NCBI GenBank assembly: GCA_023231475.1
Contig: JALJEE010001568.1
Coordinates: 1-48,261 of the forward strand
From: Seison nebaliae
Lineage: Eukaryota
Length of the DNA: 48,261 bases
Reading direction: 5' to 3'
Position numbers and translations under genes: made by a program
Notes under the pieces: model-generated
Seen by the model: only the letters and a program-made list of their open reading frames with translations
Databases searched by the model: none
Told to the model about the DNA's origin: nothing
In this document: positions 1 through 14,234 of the stretch, one piece after another
How the letters are laid out: every line of letters begins with the position of its first letter
How positions within the stretch are numbered: the stretch's first letter is position 1

Positions 1-49
1 AAAAAGTTCCACTATTTCATTAAATCAACGAGATTAATTATCTTTTTAG

Positions 50-534
50 ATTATGTTTTCTATTATGATAAACTTTTGGAAACAAAACATTTTTCTGTTT
101 CAGGTTCTAACGAACCAGGATATTTTATGTTCAGTAAATGTAACCTTTATTCTCGGTCGGAGGGTCTATATGAATATGGGTTTTTGGATGAAATATCTGA
201 ATTTCATTTGGGACTAAACTTCCTTCATCAATTAAGCCAATTACGACCAATTTGTTTAAAAATCAAATTAGAGTCTGGTTTAATTTTATCACAGTACAAT
301 TATTTTGGCGAAGGTTGCGGAGTAGAATTTGGGAATAAATCAAATAAATATGAAACTGATTTTGTATATCGAATATTTGCCCAGAAATACGAGTTGTCTA
401 ATTGTCTATTTGAAACATCTCCAATGCATAAAAGTAAAATTGAAGAATGTTCCAAAAACGGATTTCTATTTTGGGATACTTGTCTCTTTATGTGTGGATT
501 ACCTACTCGATTAGAGTTTCACATCCAATTTTAG
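50..534 (+). CDS. Last exon of a divergent fibrinogen-related (FReD) domain protein; 5' part lies outside the window
   Basis: YEYGFLDEISEFHLGLNFLHQLSQ...LKIKLE...QYNYF resembles the FReD motif Y..GFG....EFWLGL..IH.L.....L.I.L. A tttttag acceptor ends at 49 and the frame stays open to TAG at 534. Confidence 0.55.
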
Positions 535-1190
535 AATTTCTATCACTACTATTTTTTCTTTCAATAACTTTTTTTTTCTTTACCGACCGAAAAATAATTT
601 AAATTAAAACTATTTTCTATTAGAAACATTTATTTACAAATTTAACAGTGATTTTTCGACTTATAATATTGTATTCCGAAATTTCATATTTTAATTTTGT
701 ATTTTAAATTGAAGAATTTTATCATTGAATCATCAATCCATATCAAAAACAAAAGCAAAAACCTTTATGAATCTTCGTCACCATATAGAAGATACCAACG
801 TGATAATCGTAAAAATATGCTCAATTATAACCTCAATAGACTATGATAATGTCTATTATGCTCAAAATAACATACCTATTTTTCGTTAAAACTTTCATAA
901 CATTAAAATCTCATTGTTTTCTGTCAAAAATATTCTTTCTGAATTAATTAATACTGCACATAAAATAGACACCAGTTCTTATATTTTTCTGGATATTAAA
1001 TAGAAAACAAAGTTAGAAACATTTTTCATTCTAAAATTAAAACAGATTCAGACTACAATGCAAGTGAATAACTCAGATGAGAACCTCAATTCTGAAAAGA
1101 GAGAGAGGAAAAGATTAACACCAACTGTCATGATTAAGCAGCTAACTGTATTTAAAACTTCTTTTAGACTTGTTATAAAATTTCTACGTC

Positions 1191-1263
1191 GGCCGCGTGG
1201 CCCAATGGACAAGGCGTCCGACTTCGAATCGGAAGATTGCAGGTTCGAGTCCTGCCGTGGTCT
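1191..1263 (+). tRNA. tRNA-Arg(TCG): tRNA-Arg, anticodon TCG, intronless
   Basis: Acceptor stem GGCCGCG/CGTGGTC, A-box TGGCCCAATGG, anticodon arm TCCGA-CTTCGAA-TCGGA, B-box GGTTCGAGTCC, followed by a T5 Pol III terminator at 1267-1271. Confidence 0.97.
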
Positions 1264-1964
1264 ATATTTTTCATGTGAGTATTTTTTTTCATTTATCATT
1301 ATTTCTTCTCATTATCATATGGAACTTATAAATATATACTGCTAAAATATTCAAATATGGATATTAGCGGATGATACTATTTTAAAAAAAATAAAAAAAA
1401 ATAAAGTGGTTTGGGCAATATGAAACTTTCAATTTTCAAATAAGAAAAATGAAAATTTTTTTAAAAATGTTTAAATTAAATGATGGTTTGAACTTATCGC
1501 ATCAATATGATAAATCCTGTATAGTATACACTGTATACTAGATAGAATGTTAATAAAATTTAATTGAGATTTAATTTTTTCTTACCGTGCTTTAAAAGGG
1601 TTAAATAAATCCTGAACTTCAATCTCATTGAAAATCTAACAAAAATCTTGTAAGTTTCAGGACTTCCTATGAGTCCATGAGTTGAGCAAAAACGACGTCA
1701 ATGAAGAATCAATGTAAATGTAGTGAAAAAGTTAACTATTGTACTAATTAAGGAATTTGGAGGAAAATGTTAAATGCAACATGTTCCAATTCATTTTTTG
1801 GACATTGAAGAAAATTGAAATTAAACATAAGATAATAAAGTGATGAAAATAATATGGAAATGAACTTCAACTTGTTTATAGACTTTATAAACATTTAGTC
1901 TCGTCAAAAAATCGTTTATTGAGAAATTTCATTGAGAAGAATTGAAAGATTCATTCGATTGAGT

Positions 1965-2924
1965 TCATTCCTCCAACTTCCATTGATGAACATTTTTCTT
2001 TCTATGTTGCACGACGAGACCGCAAGCTGGACATTTACTGTAGTTCCTTCCATGAACTAAGAAACAGGATGAGCAAACGAAATGATTACATGAAGTTGTC
2101 ATTAACCTACGTCCTCGTTTCAATAATCTTTCTTTTGACTTCTTACAGAATAGACAGAAACCTTCTTCTATGTCATCATGATTTTTATTCAGGTACCTGA
2201 TATCACATTTACTGGCTGTTATCGGACCGACCGCTTTAGTCAACTTGATATATTCATCGTTAACTTTATCTAAATTCATTATAGAAAGGTGACAATCCTT
2301 CTTCGTTAATAATTCATCATCATCATCTTCTTCTGTATCATCAATGATATTATCTAGTCCTATCGATTCTCCTGAACCATCATGAAATTTATCCCGTTTC
2401 TTCGTCATTTCACCCATATCCGAAAGATCTTCATTTTCTTCGCTTAATGATGGTGTTGGTTCCATGATAACTTTATCTTCCATGTTCATCTTGAGAGTGG
2501 AAGATATTGACGATAACGATGATTCATATGATAATTTTCTGAACAATTTATTTGGCATTTCATCATAATCCGAATAGTCTCCTCTGTCACCTTCGTTCGA
2601 TTTCATCTTACTTTTTGGGCAAATTCTATCATATTCTTCCACTTTCTTCATCAAGTTCATTTCCATTTCTTCATTAAATATCATCCGAGCGGTTTTACTA
2701 ATTTCCGATTCGTTCAATGATTCATTTGAAGAAAAGTTCTTTTCTTTCTCTTTGTCGTAACAATCCACTTTCTCAATAATCGATACTTCATCATCTTCAT
2801 AATTCAGATAGAGAATACTATACTTTTGTTCTAAGAAATAGATTATCCATTTGGTTGCCAAATCATAAAGTTTACAAGAGCCCACGAAAAAACAATAAGA
2901 TACCACACCAATTATCAGACACAT
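1965..2924 (-). CDS. RING-finger (C3HC4) protein with hydrophobic N-terminus, acidic middle and RNF4-like C-terminal RING
   Basis: Single ORF; first in-frame ATG at 2924 (the track starts at a TTG at 2990). RING: CLFC...GRRLMTTSCNHFVCSSC...KCPAC. Confidence 0.8.
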   Translation of the reverse strand: MCLIIGVVSYCFFVGSCKLYDLATKWIIYFLEQKYSILYLNYEDDEVSIIEKVDCYDKEKEKNFSSNESLNESEISKTARMIFNEEMEMNLMKKVEEYDRICPKSKMKSNEGDRGDYSDYDEMPNKLFRKLSYESSLSSISSTLKMNMEDKVIMEPTPSLSEENEDLSDMGEMTKKRDKFHDGSGESIGLDNIIDDTEEDDDDELLTKKDCHLSIMNLDKVNDEYIKLTKAVGPITASKCDIRYLNKNHDDIEEGFCLFCKKSKERLLKRGRRLMTTSCNHFVCSSCFLVHGRNYSKCPACGLVVQHRKKNVHQWKLEE

Positions 2925-3904
2925 GACGAACAACTCAAATAAGATTATATAAAAATTAAATTTGTTCCAGCTGCCAGCCAAGTATCTCAAAAGAGGGATA
3001 CATCTCTTTCGTCTAGTCTGTTAACGAATAAAACTTTTAAAAATTTCTAAAAAATCTCTAACCAACTGACCAATAAGTGATGTAGAGCGTTGACAGATAG
3101 CTGAGTGAGATAAAATGTGATAAAACATCTCTTAAATAAATCAAACTTTAAAATTCAAAATCATAAATGAAATTTCTCAATTTCGATTCATACAATTTCC
3201 CTTTCTCGTATTTTCTTTTATATGAAAATAGAAATGCATTCCGAAATTCAATTGTTGATCATTTCTAACATAGGACAATTGGAAGAATAAATAATTCGAA
3301 GACACAAGGGTATTGAGATTGGGAAGCAATTTTAAAAATATATTTTATAATACAAGTAACATATTCAATACTGTTTCATTATTTCGTTTTCATATTATTG
3401 ATTTCGATGTGATGACTCATTGATTTCGGTATGCTTTTATTTAGTCACCTTATTCTTTCGGGTTTGAAAAATTAATTTATCTTAAAACATTTATGGACAC
3501 AAGTTACGAAAAACAGCAACAAACTTGGAAAATAAAAGGTCGAATATTTCATGATTACATAACTTCGCATTGGCACAACTTTCATTGGAACATCGAATTA
3601 ATTTGCTAAATTCCCCTGATGCTCGTAGACAATGTCATTTGATTTTTATTAAATAATTTTATATTTAACTCCATTTCGTAATCAAAATATTTTTATAAAA
3701 CATGTCAAACGAAATGAAAAAAGGTGTCTAACTCTCATAAGGACTTTGAAAAAAGGATAACTGTCTCACAATCGAAAATTATTCCTATATTCTTTTATTT
3801 AGTTTATTATTTCAGTTTTTAAAACATGGAAATTTATGATAAATAGAAAAATTATTTTTCCTTTAGAGATTGAAATATGATCAGATTCATCTACTGTTCT
3901 TTTA

Positions 3905-5175
3905 CTATTTGGGAGATATCGGATGATTCATCTTTTTGCATTTGCGAATTCCTAAGGAAAAATCAGAATGGATGACTTAAATTGAAAAAAACTGTTTTAC
4001 ACTATTTGAATTCAGTTTAATACAAGCAACCTTACTTGCTAAGCCCATTAACAATAACAACAATACAACTCCTCCAGAAATAATGAAAACTTTCCATCTC
4101 TTTTTCGTTTTCAAGTTATTCATACGAATTTCTTTATAAATCAGAAATCATTATTCAATTACAAATAAATGTCAATTGTAGGTATTGGGTTTAGGATAAT
4201 GTAAAATTTCCTCATAATATTTATATCGTCCAATTCATATTTTCCGGTATTTTTATCGAAAATGTAACGGAATTAAATATACTAACCGTTCCTCTTCTTT
4301 GAGAAAATGTTTTGTAAAGAAGAACTCCATATATGTGAGAGAGATGCATTGTCTTTTGTCGTCAAGTTCTCAATCTTCAAGGGTGCTTCTGTATTTCATG
4401 GAATTATGAACGTAAAGAAAAGTTTATAAACTGTATTTCGCCAGAAATGTCGAATAAATGATACAAGAATTTGAACCATCTCCGACCCTAAGTTTCATCA
4501 TGTTCGTCGCATTAAAAGTGCTCGGATTATCTCCAACAGTCTAACAGAATAAGCTAACAAGGATAATGTTGGAATTATAACTAGGCACATCTTTTCAATA
4601 TTAGATTTCCAACACCTAATGAAATTGTAGGATTTTAATCGGATAAATTGACAATAATATCAAGATATCAAAAATTTAAAATATAAAAATAAAATAAAGT
4701 TGCAACCAAATAATTAACAGTTATAAAATGAATAACCTGAAGTAGAGAAAGGTAGTCATTTGGAAAAGCCATATTTCGCAATTGTTACAGGTATTGCAGC
4801 TAACTTTCTGATAGGGAGTTTAAAAAAAGTTCATTCTAGGATAACTTTAAATATCCCTTGATTTGGCACAACTTCATTACCCTTCACTTTAAGCACGTTA
4901 AATATTAGTGTTTCTTTAGAAGGACTGTCAATTTCACCATGAAGATTATTCAAACCTGGGATGATAAGTGTAAAAGATCGATGATTATGAGATGTACAAG
5001 TTCTGTTTACTAAAACATGATTACCGAATAAATTTCTAGTTCTTAAGCATTCCTCGTCGTGTTTATGAATTCCGTAGAGGATGTTTTGAGTTTTACTCTG
5101 ACTATCGAATTTTACATGAACTGAATTTGCGACTGTTATTATAAACAAGAAATATTCAAATTTTTCAGCTGACAT
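3905..5175 (-). CDS. Orphan multi-exon type I membrane protein (signal peptide, Cys-containing ectodomain, C-terminal TM)
   Basis: Manual splicing links MSAEKFEYFLFIITVANS...QGIFK | KVSCNTCNNCEIW... | ...KKRWKVFIISGGVVLLLLLMGLA in frame through GT-AG introns. The last exon is uncertain and I recognise no family. Confidence 0.5.
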
Positions 5176-5250
5176 TTATCTAAATAGAAGGTAAACTTAA
5201 AACAAAAATTTGAAAATTGAAATGCTTTCATTCTTCACTAGTTTCTAAAC

Positions 5251-5284
5251 TAATATATTAGTTAATATATTAACTAATATATTA
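5251..5284. repeat. 34-bp perfect palindrome made of three TAATATATTA units
   Basis: TAATATATTA-GT-TAATATATTA-AC-TAATATATTA equals its own reverse complement. Confidence 0.9.
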
Positions 5285-6640
5285 TTACAATATTATAATA
5301 TTACTGGTATGTATAAAATCTATAGAAATATGTGTGTTGATCATAACGTTGATTAAATGTTACAGTAAACAGAATATCAACTGTACTTGTAAACGAATAT
5401 TCAACTTTCCTTCATATAATTTTTTCACAGTTGATAAATGGTAAAGAGAAAATTTTTTTAATTTTGAATTCAGATATATATTTTTCATGTATATGTTATT
5501 AGACACTTCATACTTTATAAATTATACATCTCTTAACTCCTTGTTAATAACTTAATCAATGACTATTGATTTTATTAACCTTTTTCGCACTACAAAAGTT
5601 TATTGTTAAGAATAAGTGTTTTAGTTGTATATTTGGCCGTTGAAACTACGTATTACAAATTTCAGAAAAACGTTCCCCTATTAGTAGGATTCGAACTAGC
5701 AACCATTCAAATCGACGCTGAACTACGAGAGAGAGACATCCCTGACAAGAAAAACATTTTTGGATGAGCTAGAGAAATGTTTGGTTATGCTGTTCCCAAT
5801 TCAAATTTGGGTACCCTAAAAAATATAATAAATCTTAAAATTCCTAAAAGTCCAACGATAATAAAATTAGTCAAATAGACGAACCATATAAAAGATCTTT
5901 TGATTCTAAAAGATCGGTTGAATAATGATTTGAATATAAAACTATTCAAATCGAGTTATTTTAACACCGATGGAATTTCCTGGAATTTTATGCCCAATTT
6001 CACAATTTGACTAGTCTAAATACCGCGTCTAATCACTTATTTTCAGGAGTAAGAGAAGTGTGGAAAACCAAAAATCTTAAGCACATACTTGGCGATCGAT
6101 TTTATATATTTTATTAATTATTATTATTACCAAATGGTATTAATTGATTATTTAATTAAATTAGACTTCTTCCCTGTAAGAAAAGAGTTTGAAAACATTG
6201 TTTATAGGCGCTTAAAACACTGTATGATAAACTCTTTTTATTAGTGTTTACGCATAAACGCATAAAAAGCCCATATAAAAAGGATAAAAAAATTTACACA
6301 TCTATTTATCTTTATTTTTCCTATCTCTATGATTTTTTTAGAGTCAAACGGCAAATGCGAACGCGTACCATTCCCTTGTGAGAGAATTCATATGAGATAA
6401 AATGTGATAAAGTAACACTTGTATTAATAGTGTTCATTTTATCCCTGTAATTTTAAACAACATTTTAAATATTTTGTTAAATATCTCCTCTTCCTGACAT
6501 GAAAGTCATTCACTGTTTACTGATCAAAGTTCGTTGGAAAGGAAAAGATTGTGAGAGAGTAATTAATAAAAGTGTAATTATTTAAGAAAACTTTCCCATC
6601 CCCGTGATCAATTGTTGTGTTGGAATCAATCTCCTTCCAA

Positions 6641-7887
6641 ATGAAAATATTAGCGAATGTTATTCTTTGCATTGAATTGACGAACGATAAATTGATCTTA
6701 TTTCTATGAAGTTTAGTTCCGACATCCTTCAAAATTGCTTAAATATGAATGGGCATTTATCATCTTGTCCATCATCACTAGTGTGGGCGTGATTGGATTC
6801 AGCAGTTATCGTTTGGCAACCATTGATTTTGAGAACACTGATTTCCCATTTTGTATCATATTAATCGTTCATTCTCGTTAATCTTTTTCCCATTTCCATA
6901 TTTAAATTATTTCTGTTAGTCTTCTCCATTTATTATGCATTCAATTGTGTGTTCACTGAGAAACCGTATGAATTGGCCGTTCTCTTATTATCCAGTTTCG
7001 TTTTTGAGGTTTATGCTGCAGCCAACTACGGAATCACATTACATCGCTTATCGAAAAGTACAAAATTGTTGAAATTGGTTTCACTTTATGATTTTCTAAG
7101 AAAATCTTCAAATTTCAAATTCAGTTAAGATTAATTTACATGTCGGTATGTCTGCCGGGATTCGTCGCTTTGAGTGTCGCTCTCATGATTCGTTATACGA
7201 AAAATAGGGGTCACATTTTCAAGTTATTCGATATACATTTTATGAAAGAAACCATTTAATTTTTTTTCAGTTTACTTGGAGCGGATATGAGAATGCAAAA
7301 AATGGGACAAATTTTATTTTCTTTCAGTAGTTTAATGACTTTCTGTTTAGAAATGAATGTTTAATTTTTATTATTATTTATATATTAATATCATATTTTT
7401 TTTCCTTAAAGATTTGTATGATCGTTTTGATATTAAATTCTGATAAATCATATTCGTTGGAAGAACAAATTATTCTTGGTTTAGGTAGTGGAATAGTTCT
7501 CATCTGGTATATTATTGGAGTGATATTTCCTCGAATTGAAAGTCGGCCGTTGGCCTACTTCTTCTGGGCTCTATCATGGCCGGCACCGGCTTATGTAGTT
7601 TATCGAATGATAAAAGTTAAATATTCAAATTTCTTCACACGAAATCATTATTTTGTGAGATAGGCTGCCGATAATTTGACTTCGGACAAGAAGAATGTTA
7701 AATCGTTAGCAATCGTTGCAATAATGGGCGGCGTTCTAACGATATTGGTCGAATTTTCTGTGGCAATTCTATCGTCGATAGTTTACTCCAATTTCGGGAG
7801 AGGATTAGGACAGAAATGTTAATAATTTTCAAAATTTAAATTTTCATTATTATTTCTCTTTCAGTATACCAACAACCATCGAAATGA
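6641..7887 (+). CDS. Conserved uncharacterised multipass membrane protein (DUF7789/UPF0658-like), 8 exons
   Basis: Spliced product includes EWAFIILSII, DFPFCIILI, YYAFNCVFTEKPYEL, FNLLGAD, PAPAYVVY and the C-terminal VYSNFGRGL motif recalled for this family. The start codon is uncertain. Confidence 0.75.
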
Positions 7888-8188
7888 ATTGATGGAAGAA
7901 AAAAGAAGAGTTTTATAAAGAAACGAAAAAATTCTTATATTTAAATCAAATATTGAAGTTATAGAATGAAATGAATTCAACTTCAAGAAGAAAAAAAAAT
8001 GAATGAATTAACTGAAAATCATACTTGAATCATAAAAAAATAATTGTTTCTTTCTTCACTTTTGATTGTTCTGATTCTGTTGATGAACTCCCAAATAATT
8101 TTATGATATGAACATGAAATTTGATGATGTCTATTTGAGAATAAATTATATAATATTAAAAAATCATTTTCCTAATACAAGTCCCTTT

Positions 8189-10166
<1,978 letters not shown>

Positions 10167-11759
10167 TTTCAGGATTTAGTAAATGAATGAATGAATGTCT
10201 TACAATTTGAAAATAAAGTGAAGAGTAAAATTTAAAGGAATAATTGATGAAAGAAGCGAATGATTCGGATTCTGCCACTTATACACGTATGGAAGATATC
10301 CGCTCCTAGTCGAGAGAAGAGTTAGAATAAATCTTGCAGTTTAGTACAGCACATTTGAATAGACGGGAGAAGAATTTCTCTTCCCTATAGACTTCCGTTC
10401 CAAAATATTCCAACATCTCATTTAAATTTTAAGCTTATTCTAATCTGGTACGTGTTCAAAATTTAAATAATTTTCACATTTTGACATAATCAAAGAGCTT
10501 CATATAAATTTTGGCTTATCTCTCCGTCTCTCTTTCTCTGTCTTTTTCAGTCATTATTTTATTCCATTGAACTAAAGTAAACGCGTAACAAATATTTTTG
10601 TCACGTGCAAACTAATGTAACAAAGAAAATGTTGGATGGATAATTTCCTTCAATATATACACACACTCTCACACGATGAGATGTATAAATTAAGAATCAA
10701 TTGTTAACCGAAATTACAGGGATAAAATGTGGATAATTGAAGGAGAATGACATGGTATTTAAAAGAGAGAAAGAGAGTTGGAGAGAATGAAATAAAAATG
10801 AAATTTATTTATATCATTCGAATTGATGATAATTGAAATAGGTGAATGGAGGTGAATAGATAACATCTATCTATAAAAAAGTAATAAAATTTTGAGATAA
10901 TTTATTGGAAATTGAAGTTATTAAAGAAAGAAAGATCGATCGAGATGACAATCGACTAATCTCCTCCTTCTATAATCATTGACTAATTGATTTACAGGAG
11001 ATGCGACGATATATTCTTACAGATGGTATTTAATAAACTTCTGTTTTCCCTTCCGTCGACGACCAACGAGGTCACATGAAAGAAAAAAACGAATTCGTCT
11101 CATCCTTTTTCTTCCAAAGAAACAACAATTATTTTCCTTCTTCTTTTATTCGTCCTCTTTTATTACTGTTCTTCATTACCTAATGACGTATCGATAATCA
11201 GAAGATATGATAGATACACAATCAACATTCAATTATTAGTAGCATGGTGAGAGAAAGGACAATGGCAAACAGATCTCGAAATACAATCCAATTATCGATC
11301 AAGTGACTTTTTTCCTCGTACAGTCTAAATGACGAAATATCCAGTCTATCTTATTCTATTGAGATCATATTAACAAATTAAACGACTATGACACATAGAT
11401 GGAGAGTTGGGATGGAGATATATCCGATTCTAGATAGAAGTGAAATGATAAGATGACTCTTTTGCAAACATTTCCTAATGATTAGAAGGGAAGAAATTGT
11501 ATGAGAAGGAATAAAGACAAAACGTTTAATTGAATATTGTTAAGAATAAAAAAAAAGTGTCATTTTGTCTCCGTCTCTCTCTCTCTCCCTCAATCCATGT
11601 TCTTTTGGATGTCAAATAAATAAAAAATCGATAGACTATTCAATTGATGAGATGAATTCGTTCAATTGGATTATATAATCCAAATAATGTGTCGAAACTT
11701 ATCTCCGAAATTTTATTGATTTATCCTGGAAAAATTCACCATCTTATATTATTCCCATC

Positions 11760-13581
11760 TTAATCTTTCAATTGAATGATATGTTCCTTTCCACTTTGGA
11801 AGTCGCACAATTTCCTCTCCATATATTTCACTCTCGATAAGATTTCTTCTGGTAATTCATCTTTATTTCGTTTATCTATATCGATCTCATACGATTCACA
11901 TCCTTGTATGTAATTGATGGTTCTCCGATTGGGATCAATGATAATTTTCGAATGATCAGATGAGAAGTTCGTTTGTAAAATTCCATTCGATAAGAAAATT
12001 GTTATTCCATTTTTCGTCCTTTGCCAAATACGTACATAAACATCCATTTTCGTATTAGACGGAAGTTTCTGCTCATTATAGAACTGAAGAAAATTACTTT
12101 TTTCTCATTCAAATAATTCAAAGAAAATATTTAACTTTCAAATTATCTTCCATATATTCTTTCATCTGATTGACCAACGAGAATTTCTTTTTATCTTTGT
12201 TCCTCATTTTTTCTTCGTTTAATTCCTCGTCATCACTCCTGTTAATGAAACGAAATTTTGACGCATCTTCATTCATTAAAACGACCGTCGAATCATTAAA
12301 TGATGCACCACAGATCGCGTCGTTAACGAAGAAGCCAAATCCGAAACGATGTGACATATCTATCCAACTCTTTATCCAAATAGGTGGCCATTTATTTTGG
12401 AAGAAACCTAAAACATATTGAAACTATACGAAACTCAAAATATTAACTCGAAATATTTTCGCTTGATTTTGAACTTAAAATTTCTTTTAGGAAATTCTTC
12501 AACACTTTCAATTTCTTTCTACATTTCATAAATTGGTTAGTGTCGTCGGATAAAACTTCAAGTTTGTCGTTTCTGAAGTCAGATGATAACATTTCAGGAA
12601 TTGTGTGATCTGTAAAAAATTTATGAAACAAAGATTTGGTGGCTGATGGTCTCGATTCCGGTTTCACTTCCAATAATTGATGAATTAAATCACATCCATC
12701 ATCAGAAATGTCTGTTGGTGGTAAATAATCACCTTTCCTTATTTTCGAATATGTCTGTACAATATTCATCGTTTCAAACGGTGCTTTTCCCATTAACAAA
12801 TAATATCTGAAAGAGGAATAAATTTTATAGAAATCGAAAGGAAAAAGTCGAACAGAATACATCCCAAAGACCATATGTCGACTTGTTGTCCGTGACCGAT
12901 TTTCGATAGAATTTCTGGTGCGATATAATTTGGCGTGCCACAAAGTGTATGTTTCTCATCGTCTTCCGTTTTGACTACGGTTGCTAAACCAAAATCTCCG
13001 ATTTTCGGTATCAGATCATCATTGAGAAAGACATTAGTCAATTTTAAATCTCGATGAATGATCCGATTATGATGCAAATATTCTACTGCTGTGAAGAGTT
13101 TAAAAAGGAAAAATCTTGCTTCATATTGCGAAAGTTTCTTATGATGTTTCACATAATCAGCGAGAGTCTAAAGAAGAAAAAATGAGAATAATTTAGAGCA
13201 AATCAAATTTGAATCCAACTCCATATTCACATAATTCTAGAACAATATACCAATTGGAATTGTCACGAAAAGCTGATTGAAATTTAATTATATTTGTATG
13301 ATCGATCGATCTATGTATCGATACTTCTTGATATAATTTGGCAATGGCACTTCCACTTCTATACTTCTTCTCTTCCATATTGATGACTTTGATAGCGAAA
13401 TGTTTTTCATCTGCAACTTTCTTATATTCATAACACTTAGCGAAGCCACCCTAAAAAATTGGGGAAAAATTATAAAAGAAAAAAAAATAATTTGAACTTT
13501 TCCTAAATATCCAACATAGGAATATAATTCTCCTGAATTCTTCACATCTTTTATTATTTTCGGAATTCCTGAATACGACAT
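11760..13581 (-). CDS. Second, divergent Polo-like kinase (tandem paralog), 6 exons
   Basis: [36 protein letters not shown]; degenerate polo boxes [15 protein letters not shown] and [20 protein letters not shown]. Introns 13451-13497, 13168-13219, 12807-12853, 12408-12447, 12084-12135. Confidence 0.92.
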
Positions 13582-14234
13582 GATTGAAATTTACTAAAAT
13601 CTTTTCTTCATTTGTTGTTCTATCTCATTTCTACCTTTATATACTTGTTAACATTTTCTGCAGTTTTTGAAGACAATTCTACCTATTCTTTCCAATTTGC
13701 AGATGTAGTCATGCTAAACTTCATTTTCCCGCAATTTTCCGTATTGCCTTTTTGAATTTTGTGTTTTGATGAATCCTTTCAAATAAAATTCTATTATTTT
13801 TTTTATCGTTTTTCTCAGTCTCACTCTAAGTTCAATCTAGAAGCTGTAGATGAAATAAAATTAAATAGAATTATCAGAAACTATTTTTGAAGTATATGAA
13901 TAACAAATAAAGATGAGAATGATGATGATGAATTTAAATACGAAAGAGCATATGAAATTTTATTGAATGAAATTTTAAGTGAAGTGAACATAATTTGACT
14001 TTTGTTGATGATTTTTGGTAAACGTATAAAATTATGAAAAGCGAAAATTATTCTTCTAACGTAAATAATATTCATCAATCAGATAAATCTGAATTAGATT
14101 AAATGAAATTGACACTGTGAGAATAAAATGAACCAAAAAAAATTAGATGAGAATTCCATTAAATTTTAGAAAGGGAAAATAAATTTTAGTTTACTTAACA
14201 ATTTTTATGAATTGAATTTATCTTTAATCGATTT

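Noticed and set aside
1048..1345. Two overlapping ORFs of 83 and 95 aa
   Set aside because: They are translations through the tRNA-Arg gene.
1522..1540. Hairpin TAGTATACA-C-TGTATACTA as a Helitron end
   Set aside because: AT-rich stem, the CTAG overlaps the stem, and no other Helitron feature is nearby.
3513..3610. Peptide TWKIKGRIFH faintly like a Helitron Rep motif
   Set aside because: Too short and flanked by stops; not distinguishable from chance.
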